This document shows, in pieces, positions 58,090 through 64,000 of a stretch of DNA of 64,000 nucleotides. The DNA lies in assembly GCA_024642545.1 (NCBI GenBank), contig JAHEAW010000001.1, forward strand, positions 18,117 through 82,116, written 5' to 3'. The stretch is from Erythrobacteraceae bacterium (lineage in GTDB: Bacteria; Pseudomonadota; Alphaproteobacteria; Sphingomonadales; Sphingomonadaceae). Position numbers and translations under genes: made by a program. Numbering within the stretch: the first letter of the stretch is position 1; every line of letters starts with the position of its first letter. The notes beneath the pieces are model-generated. The model made no database searches. It worked only from the letters and a program-made list of their open reading frames with translations, and was not told the DNA's origin.

Positions 58090-58701
58090 ATGATTGCGAA
58101 ACTCAAGGGCCTGCTCGATGAAACCGGCGCGGACTGGGCTGTGATCGACGTCGCGGGCGTGGGCTATCTGGTCCATTGCAGCGCGCGGACCTTGGCCGCG
58201 CTGGGTGAGGTGGGGGAAGCCTGCACTGTCTTTACCGATCTGCAGATAAGCGAGAATGACATGCGGCTGCTGGGCTTTGCAGAAGGTTCTGAACGCGACT
58301 GGTTCCGCTTGCTGACGCAGGTGCAGGGCGTGGGCAGCAAGGTTGGGCTGGCAATCCTGTCCGCACTCTCGACTGCAGAAGTTCAGACTGCCTGCGCCAG
58401 CGGCGATGCAGCCATGATTGCGCGCGCCAATGGCGTGGGGCCAAAACTAGCTGGGCGGATCGTCAATGAATTGAAAGACAAGGCGGGCGCGCTGCCTTTT
58501 GGGCCGGACGGCGGCGGTGTCGGCGCGGCGGTGATGCCTGCCGGATCAGCCAGCGCGGATGCGGTGTCTGCGTTGCAGAATTTGGGTTTCAAACCCGCGA
58601 TTGCAGCTGACGCAGTGGCCAGAGCGCAGAGAGAGTTGGGCGCCAATGCCAGCGAAAGCGACCTGATCCGGGTCGCACTAAAGAGCGCAGCGGGGAGATG
58701 A
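58090..58701 (+). CDS. ruvA: Holliday junction DNA helicase RuvA
   Basis: MIAKLKGLL...GVGYLV N-terminus and HhH motifs ([27 protein letters not shown]). Confidence 0.93.
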   Translation: MIAKLKGLLDETGADWAVIDVAGVGYLVHCSARTLAALGEVGEACTVFTDLQISENDMRLLGFAEGSERDWFRLLTQVQGVGSKVGLAILSALSTAEVQTACASGDAAMIARANGVGPKLAGRIVNELKDKAGALPFGPDGGGVGAAVMPAGSASADAVSALQNLGFKPAIAADAVARAQRELGANASESDLIRVALKSAAGR

Positions 58702-59090
58702 ACATGGGAAAACGCAACACAGTAATCCGGTCTATTTCGGCGGTCTATAGCATGGCGGTGCTCGTTCTCGGGCTGAAAGCGGGGGAACCAGACCGAATGG
58801 ATTGGTGGCCCGGAGGGCTGCTGATGATGGCCATGATGGCCTCCCCCATAGTCCTTGGTCTGCTGTTGTCCCGCAAAATTGGCGAGGGGGCAGCCTTGGG
58901 TTTTTGGCTGTTCGCGATGGCGATAATCGCGGCGGCCGGACTTGCGCTGCAATGGTATACGATGTTCATCGGTCCAAGCGATGCGCAAAATGCGCTGGTG
59001 TTGGTGATCGTGCCGGTTCTGCAATGGCTGGCAGTGGGCGCCGCCTTCGCTTTGGCGTGGATATTGGGGCGCTATGTCGACAAATCCTGA
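58698..59090 (+). CDS. small hypothetical membrane protein between ruvA and ruvB
   Basis: 130 aa with about four hydrophobic helices. The ATG overlaps the ruvA stop (ATGA), and a second in-frame ATG at 58704 has better spacing from GGGGAG. The 3' end overlaps the ruvB start by 17 nt. No family recognised. Confidence 0.45.
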   Translation: MNMGKRNTVIRSISAVYSMAVLVLGLKAGEPDRMDWWPGGLLMMAMMASPIVLGLLLSRKIGEGAALGFWLFAMAIIAAAGLALQWYTMFIGPSDAQNALVLVIVPVLQWLAVGAAFALAWILGRYVDKS

Positions 59091-60114
59091 TCTTGCGCCT
59101 GACCGCCAGCCGGACGACCCGGACGCTGCCTTGCGACCCAAATCGCTGGCCGAATTCATCGGGCAGGAAGCGGCGCGGGACAATCTGCGCGTATTTATCG
59201 AGGCTGCGCGCGGGCGCGGCGAGGCGATGGACCATGTATTGTTCTTCGGCCCGCCGGGGCTGGGCAAGACCACGCTGGCGCAGATCGTGGCCAGGGAACT
59301 GGGGGTTGGCTTTCGCGCTACGTCTGGCCCGGTCATTGCCAAAGCGGGCGACCTGGCTGCGCTGCTGACCAATCTGGAGCCGCATGATGTGCTGTTCATC
59401 GACGAGATTCACCGGCTCAATCCCGTCGTGGAGGAAATCCTCTATCCTGCGATGGAAGACCGCGCGCTCGATATTATCATTGGTGAAGGGCCGTCGGCAC
59501 GCAGTGTGCGGATTGATCTGCCGCCTTTCACCCTGATTGGCGCGACCACCCGGCAAGGCTTGCTGACCACGCCGCTGCGCGACCGTTTCGGCATTCCGGT
59601 AAGGCTCAATTTCTACACTGAGTCTGAGCTGGAGCAGGTGGTGACGCGCGGGGCAAGCCTGCTCGGCATGGCGATAGATGCTGCGGGCGCGCGTGAGATT
59701 GCGCGGCGCGCCCGCGGCACACCGCGCGTGGCCGGACGGTTGATGCGGCGCGTGCGGGACTTTGCCCATGTGGCTGGCAATGGCACTGTGACCGCTCATG
59801 TTGCGGATGAAGCCCTGACTCGGCTGGAAGTTGACCGGCTCGGGCTTGATGCAATGGACCGGCGCTATCTCATCATGATTGCGCAGGTCTATAAAGGTGG
59901 ACCCGTCGGGGTGGAAACGCTTGCCGCTGGGCTCAGCGAACCGCGCGATACGGTGGAAGAAGTGATTGAACCTTATTTGATCCAATTGGGCATGGTGGCG
60001 CGCACTGCGCGCGGGCGCTGCCTCAACGATGCGGCATGGAATCACCTCGACATCACGCCTCCGGGGCCATCTGGTGGAACATCACAAACGGGCCTGTTTG
60101 ATGAAGAACCTTAA
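59074..60114 (+). CDS. ruvB: Holliday junction DNA helicase RuvB
   Basis: Walker [12 protein letters not shown], Walker B LFIDEIHR and sensor motifs. 346 aa. Confidence 0.96.
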   Translation: MSTNPDLAPDRQPDDPDAALRPKSLAEFIGQEAARDNLRVFIEAARGRGEAMDHVLFFGPPGLGKTTLAQIVARELGVGFRATSGPVIAKAGDLAALLTNLEPHDVLFIDEIHRLNPVVEEILYPAMEDRALDIIIGEGPSARSVRIDLPPFTLIGATTRQGLLTTPLRDRFGIPVRLNFYTESELEQVVTRGASLLGMAIDAAGAREIARRARGTPRVAGRLMRRVRDFAHVAGNGTVTAHVADEALTRLEVDRLGLDAMDRRYLIMIAQVYKGGPVGVETLAAGLSEPRDTVEEVIEPYLIQLGMVARTARGRCLNDAAWNHLDITPPGPSGGTSQTGLFDEEP

Positions 60115-60151
60115 TATTCCAGCAGGATTTGGCGCAACTTCGGTTCCATAG

Positions 60152-60167
60152 TGGGACATGTCCGGCA
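60152..60167 (+). promoter_or_regulatory. weak sigma-54-like -24/-12 element TGGGAC-ATGTC-CGGCA
   Basis: GG and GC are separated by 10 nt as in TGGCAC-N5-TTGCA. There is one mismatch in the -24 half and two in the -12 half. Lies ~165 nt upstream of the repeat-protein start. Low information content. Confidence 0.2.
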
Positions 60168-60332
60168 GCAGTGCCATTTCCAGCCGTGGTTTTTTCGATT
60201 CAGGACTGATTTTCATGGTTAATGCGGTTGCCGCCTTCCGCCCCTTCGCGTCTGTTGCTGTGACAGGGAAGTGCCGGTCAGCGGAATCGCCGCAGTCGAG
60301 GCTGCCCTCACGAAAAACGAAAGAGCTTGCTC

Positions 60333-61511
60333 ATGTCGGTAAAGATGGCCTTGGCGAAATTATCCGCAACTGCTGCGGGTGGTGCGCTGCTGGTGGGCGG
60401 GGCAGTGCATGTGGCCGAAACCCAGAAGGGCAATCCTTCGACCTACAAATCTACCAAGTCGGTGAAAGAGGTTCCGCAGATTGACATCAAGGAACGTCAT
60501 GCGCAGCGCAGGATTCCGAAAAAGGTTCGGCATCAGCAGCGGATTGTGAAGCGCGTGATCGAATGTGAACCTGTTGGCGCGCCAATGGACGGTCATGAGG
60601 AAGGGTTCAAAGGAAGCACTACTGTTCACCCGATCCCCGGCGCGAATGGCGAGCAGTGCCCGCCCACTTTCCGCATGGCATATGCCGCTGTTCCGGCACC
60701 CTTGCCGCAGCTTCCCCCGATTCAAGGAGGCAGTACGGGCGGCGGGGTTACCGTGCTGGGCGGCAGCAGCGGGTTTGGCGGCGGCTTCGGCGGCGGCTTC
60801 TTTGGCGGCTTCTTCGGTGGCGGCGGATCAAGCGGCGGCAGCGTTGCCGTTACCTCGACGACCACGACAACGGGCGGGACCAACACGTCACCACCATCGA
60901 CGACCCCGCCATCGACGACCCCGCCATCGACAACTCCGCCATCGACGACCCCGCCATCGACAACCCCGCCATCTGCTCCGCCTCCGTCTTCGTCTGGCGA
61001 TGCCTCCTCGACTTCAGGCGGAATCAACATCAACATCAACATCGACAATAGCTCGACCGGAAGCTCGACATCTACTTCAACCTCTTCCGGCGGCAGCTCG
61101 ACTTCCTCGGGTGGTAGTTCAACGTCGACTTCGTCGGGCGGCAGTTCGAGTTCAGGCAATGTTTCCAGCAGTAGCTCGGGCAACGTATCCAGCTCGACAT
61201 CAACGTCGTCCTCGGGGAATGTTTCGAGTTCAACCTCATCGTCTAGTTCAACTTCATCGTCCACTTCGGGCAATGTCTCGACCAGCACTTCGACGTCAGG
61301 CAACATCACCAGCTCGACTTCGACCAGTTCGTCCACGTCGGGCAGTTCGTCAACGTCGGGGAACGTCTCGAGCACGTCAGGCTGGACCACTTCCGGCAAT
61401 GGCTCGAGCGGAGGAACACCGGTTCCAGCTCCGCCGATGACGCTGCTGTTCGGTGCCGCTGCCGCCGCAGTTTTGGGCCGACGCAAACTCAAAGCGAAAC
61501 GGGCGGCTTAA
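60333..61511 (+). CDS. secreted low-complexity Gly/Pro/Ser/Thr repeat protein with a PEP-CTERM-like C-terminal tail
   Basis: N-terminal signal-like segment MSVKMALAKLSATAAGGALLVGGAVHVA. Then GGFGGGFGGGFFGGFFGGGG, (PPSTT)x5 and a ~150-aa Ser/Thr block with GNVSS/GNITS. The C-terminus PVPAPPMTLLFGAAAAAVLGRRKLKAKRAA is a Pro motif + TM helix + basic cluster. An intrinsic terminator follows. TTG at 60327 is also in frame. Confidence 0.6.
   Translation: MSVKMALAKLSATAAGGALLVGGAVHVAETQKGNPSTYKSTKSVKEVPQIDIKERHAQRRIPKKVRHQQRIVKRVIECEPVGAPMDGHEEGFKGSTTVHPIPGANGEQCPPTFRMAYAAVPAPLPQLPPIQGGSTGGGVTVLGGSSGFGGGFGGGFFGGFFGGGGSSGGSVAVTSTTTTTGGTNTSPPSTTPPSTTPPSTTPPSTTPPSTTPPSAPPPSSSGDASSTSGGINININIDNSSTGSSTSTSTSSGGSSTSSGGSSTSTSSGGSSSSGNVSSSSSGNVSSSTSTSSSGNVSSSTSSSSSTSSSTSGNVSTSTSTSGNITSSTSTSSSTSGSSSTSGNVSSTSGWTTSGNGSSGGTPVPAPPMTLLFGAAAAAVLGRRKLKAKRAA
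60891..60980 (+). repeat. 15-bp tandem repeat CCGCCATCGACGACC, five copies plus one degenerate copy
   Basis: Units at 60891, 60906, 60921, 60936 and 60951 differ by at most 2 nt. The sixth (60966) is degenerate. In frame the repeat encodes PPSTT. Confidence 0.9.
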
Positions 61512-61536
61512 GCTTCCTGTTATACGGCCAAAGGGA

Positions 61537-61566
61537 GGGCGACACCCAGGTGGTGCCGCCCTTTTT
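61537..61566 (+). terminator. intrinsic terminator after the repeat-protein gene
   Basis: GGGCGACACC-CAGGT-GGTGCCGCCC (one A/C mismatch) followed by TTTTT. Sits between the two convergent genes, 17 nt from the oxygenase stop. Confidence 0.6.
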
Positions 61567-61583
61567 GGTGTTGGCGGGCATCT

Positions 61584-62291
61584 TCAGGGGTTGAGAATGC
61601 GCCACGGTTCCTGACGGTACCATTTGGTGATCACATGCTTGATCCCCCGCCTTACCGGGGTGCCAGCATGCAGCGTCTTCATATTGGGTCGTCCGTCCCG
61701 GCTCATATTGTTCCAGATGATGAGCGCACCGGTGTGCGGTTTGAAGGACAGGTCGAGATGCGGAAAATCGGTCTCTCCACCTTCCTTGGGTTCGTTTAGA
61801 TTGATCATTGCAGTCCAGGTCCGCTGCCCACCGGTGGTCGCTTCGGTTTGCCAATAGCCTTCACCGACATGAAAGAAATCATGGTGATGTTTGAATTCCT
61901 GCCCTACCTGATACCGCTGCCCCTGCATCAATTCGGAAAATTCATCGGGAATGCCAAGCAGATCGGATATGTACAATTCGATGCTGCGCGTAAGCGGTGC
62001 ATTGGCTGCAAAATGATGGGTGTAGCTGGTACGGAACCCATCTTTCTCTGCCCCGCGATAAAGTGTGGAGGGGACCGCCAATTGATTGATGACCTGCGTC
62101 ACCATTTTGCAGTCCTTCCGGGAAAGGAAGCGCGGAACGGTATAGACTTCCGCCAAATTCGTGTCGAGCCGCGTTACCGCCGGATTGGCATTCAGCCGTT
62201 GACGAACGCACTGCCCCCACCGGGACAGCTTGCCGGGGTCGCAGCCCGGATCAAAATCCTGCTCGCGCATGGTGGCAGCCTGCATAATCAT
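61584..62291 (-). CDS. prolyl 4-hydroxylase-type 2OG-Fe(II) oxygenase
   Basis: HxD in FKHHHDFF, RTWTAMINLNEPKEGGETDFP, KPHTGALIIWNN and TLHAGTPVRRGIKHVITKW match the P4Hc pattern (H-x-D...H, basic residue for 2OG). No signal peptide. Confidence 0.8.
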   Translation of the reverse strand: MIMQAATMREQDFDPGCDPGKLSRWGQCVRQRLNANPAVTRLDTNLAEVYTVPRFLSRKDCKMVTQVINQLAVPSTLYRGAEKDGFRTSYTHHFAANAPLTRSIELYISDLLGIPDEFSELMQGQRYQVGQEFKHHHDFFHVGEGYWQTEATTGGQRTWTAMINLNEPKEGGETDFPHLDLSFKPHTGALIIWNNMSRDGRPNMKTLHAGTPVRRGIKHVITKWYRQEPWRILNP

Positions 62292-62375
62292 CGAGCCAGC
62301 CTAGTGCGAAGACCTTAAGATTTCGCAGTCCATTGCCGGCGCGTCGGAACCGATAGGCCCCGCCGCACCGCCAGG

Positions 62376-64000
62376 TCAGGCTGCCAGGTTGCGCAGCACA
62401 TATTGGAGAATGCCGCCGTGGCGGTAATATTCCATTTCGTTGGCCGTATCGATCCGGCATTTTGCAGTGAAGCTGAAGCTGCTGCCATCGGCGCGCGCCA
62501 CCTCGACCGAGACCTCTTGTCCGGGGGTCAGATTGGCGAGGCCGTCGATAGTGAAGCTGTCGTCACCGGTGAGGCCAAGCGTTTCCCGCGTGTCGCCGCC
62601 AGTGAATTGAAGCGGCAGAACGCCCATACCGACCAGATTAGACCGGTGGATACGCTCGAAGCTTTCAACAATCACCGCGCGCACACCTAATAGGATCGTG
62701 CCCTTGGCGGCCCAGTCCCGGCTGGAGCCAGTGCCATATTCCTTGCCGCCAATCACCACCAGCGGAGTACCGTTGGCCTTGTGCCTCATCGCCGCGTCGT
62801 AGATCGGCATGGTTTCACCGTCATAGGTGGTCATCCCGCCTTCAACGCCGGGCACCATTTCGTTGCGGATACGGATATTAGCGAAGGTGCCGCGCATCAT
62901 TACTTCGTGATTGCCGCGGCGCGAGCCGTAGGAGTTGAAATCCGCCTTGGCGATCTGGTTGCTCAGCAGATATTCGCCTGCGGGGCTGTCTTCCTTGATC
63001 GAACCGGCGGGCGAGATGTGGTCTGTGGTGACCGAATCGCCAAGGATGGCCAACGGCTTGGCATCATTGATGTCAACGATCGGGGGGGGAGTCATGGTCA
63101 TGCCGTCAAAATAAGGCGGGTTGGCCACATAGGTGCTGCCCGGACGCCATTGATACGTATCTGACCCAGTGACATTGATCGCCTGCCAGTGCTCGTCCCC
63201 CTTATAGACGTCCGCATAACGTGCCTCGAACATGCCGCGGTCGATGGAGCTGGCGCGCAGATCGGCGATTTCCTGATTGCTTGGCCAGATGTCCTTCAGG
63301 AATACATCATTGCCGTCCTGGTCCTGCCCTATCGGTGTGTCGACCATATCGGTCGTGACAGTGCCGCGCAGCGCATAAGCAACCACCAGCGGAGGGCTGG
63401 CGAGAAAGTTCGCGCGTACATCTGGCGACACGCGCCCTTCAAAGTTGCGGTTGCCGGACAACACGCTGGCAGCAACGATATTATTGTTGTTGATCGCAGC
63501 GCTGATCGGCGGTGCGAGCGGGCCCGAATTGCCGATACAGGTGGTGCAGCCATAGCCAACCAGATCGAAACCGATCGCATCAAGATCATCCTGCAGGCCG
63601 GCCTTGACCAGATAATCGGTCACTACTTGCGAACCCGGCGCAAGGCTGGTCTTGACCCATGGCTTGGGCTTCATGCCCAGTGCATTGGCCTTGCGCGCCA
63701 CCAAACCGGCGGCAATCAGCACGTCGGGGTTGGAAGTGTTGGTACAACTGGTAATGGCGGCGATAACCACATCGCCGTCGCCAATGTCGTGGTCCTTGCC
63801 CTCCACCGCAGCGCGTTCCGGCGCGGCCTTCTTGTAAAGCTTGGCGAGATCGCCGTTGAACAATTCGTCGACGTCCGGCAACGCCACCTTGTCCTGCGGG
63901 CGCTTGGGGCCAGCAAGCGAGGGGACCACGCTCGACATATCGAGGCTTAGGGTCTTGGAGAAAACCGGCTCATGCGCCGGGTCGAACCACATGCCCTGTT
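62376..64000 (-). CDS. acnA: aconitate hydratase AcnA, C-terminal ~540 codons (5' end outside the window)
   Basis: [11 protein letters not shown], the swivel domain and the C-terminal [11 protein letters not shown]. The reading frame stays open to the window edge. Confidence 0.95.
   Translation of the reverse strand, partial: QGMWFDPAHEPVFSKTLSLDMSSVVPSLAGPKRPQDKVALPDVDELFNGDLAKLYKKAAPERAAVEGKDHDIGDGDVVIAAITSCTNTSNPDVLIAAGLVARKANALGMKPKPWVKTSLAPGSQVVTDYLVKAGLQDDLDAIGFDLVGYGCTTCIGNSGPLAPPISAAINNNNIVAASVLSGNRNFEGRVSPDVRANFLASPPLVVAYALRGTVTTDMVDTPIGQDQDGNDVFLKDIWPSNQEIADLRASSIDRGMFEARYADVYKGDEHWQAINVTGSDTYQWRPGSTYVANPPYFDGMTMTPPPIVDINDAKPLAILGDSVTTDHISPAGSIKEDSPAGEYLLSNQIAKADFNSYGSRRGNHEVMMRGTFANIRIRNEMVPGVEGGMTTYDGETMPIYDAAMRHKANGTPLVVIGGKEYGTGSSRDWAAKGTILLGVRAVIVESFERIHRSNLVGMGVLPLQFTGGDTRETLGLTGDDSFTIDGLANLTPGQEVSVEVARADGSSFSFTAKCRIDTANEMEYYRHGGILQYVLRNLAA

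Noticed and set aside
60158-60484. 108-aa ORF in the ruvB / repeat-gene spacer.
   Set aside because: It overlaps the better-supported repeat-protein start in another frame. There is no SD and no recognisable motifs, and the composition is Cys/Arg/Gly-rich.
60722-61492. 256-aa minus-strand ORF encoding an acidic repeat protein (PDVDELPDVDEL..., VVDGG x5, C-terminal PPKKPP). It is co-directional with the P4H-like gene and could be read as its operon partner.
   Set aside because: It is the mirror frame of the plus-strand repeat gene. The third codon positions coincide, so GC3 and codon statistics cannot discriminate between them. The plus frame has a signal peptide, a TM-plus-basic PEP-CTERM-like tail and a downstream hairpin with a T5 run. 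That hairpin lies between the P4H stop and the minus ORF start, where it would terminate P4H transcripts first. Strand-specific RNA-seq or proteomics would settle it.
63082-63089. G8 run (C8 on the coding strand) inside acnA, as a possible frameshift or slippage site.
   Set aside because: It simply encodes T-P-P-P in an intact, conserved aconitase frame.
1-64000. A search by eye for tRNA or rRNA genes, CRISPR arrays, IS elements and transposases, integrases, prophage genes, and toxin-antitoxin or known defence-system genes.
   Set aside because: All intergenic gaps over 90 bp were read. None shows a cloverleaf-compatible sequence, regularly spaced direct repeats or terminal inverted repeats. 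No ORF shows transposase, integrase or defence-type motifs. A tRNAscan, Infernal or defence-finder run would be the definitive check.

Overview
The window looks like 64 kb of high-GC chromosomal core from an alphaproteobacterium. A Sphingomonadales-like origin is inferred only from gene content and synteny: rpsT-dnaA, secB-Tim44-mltA-smr, murJ-trpS, UPF0262 and DUF4136/DUF4197 lipoproteins. I support about 70 protein genes, most of them recognisable housekeeping functions: ftsH, rpoZ, dnaB, cdd, galE, rpmJ, comM, rpmH-rnpA-yidD-yidC-engB, dapE, nth, dapB, cobB, dnaA, rpsT, mutM, ubiE, ubiB, coaBC, dut, trpS, murJ, secB, mltA, aroC, ruvA, ruvB and acnA. I found no tRNA, rRNA, CRISPR array, IS element, integrase or recognisable defence or toxin-antitoxin module by eye. 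Many long ORFs in the six-frame track are mirror-frame artefacts of real genes and were rejected. The most unusual locus is 60.1-62.3 kb. It holds a secreted, extremely low-complexity protein (Gly/Phe block, five PPSTT repeats, a long Ser/Thr block with repeated N-x-S/T) that ends in a PEP-CTERM-like tail. This gene lies tail-to-tail with a prolyl-4-hydroxylase-type 2OG-Fe(II) oxygenase. A functional link between the two is a hypothesis, not a demonstrated system. Lesser observations:
- a roughly 179-codon acidic insertion between the CoaC and CoaB halves of coaBC;
- a small membrane-protein gene wedged between ruvA and ruvB;
- a four-gene ABC/HlyD/OMF efflux operon with a divergent TetR gene and two operator-like palindromes;
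- a translationally coupled DUF3604-parvulin-HupE/UreJ operon;
- terminator-like hairpins directly in front of rpmJ and rpmH;
- a 20-bp perfect palindrome carrying clustered GANTC sites next to rpsT.
All family assignments rest on motif recognition by eye. No database search or numerical computation was run.
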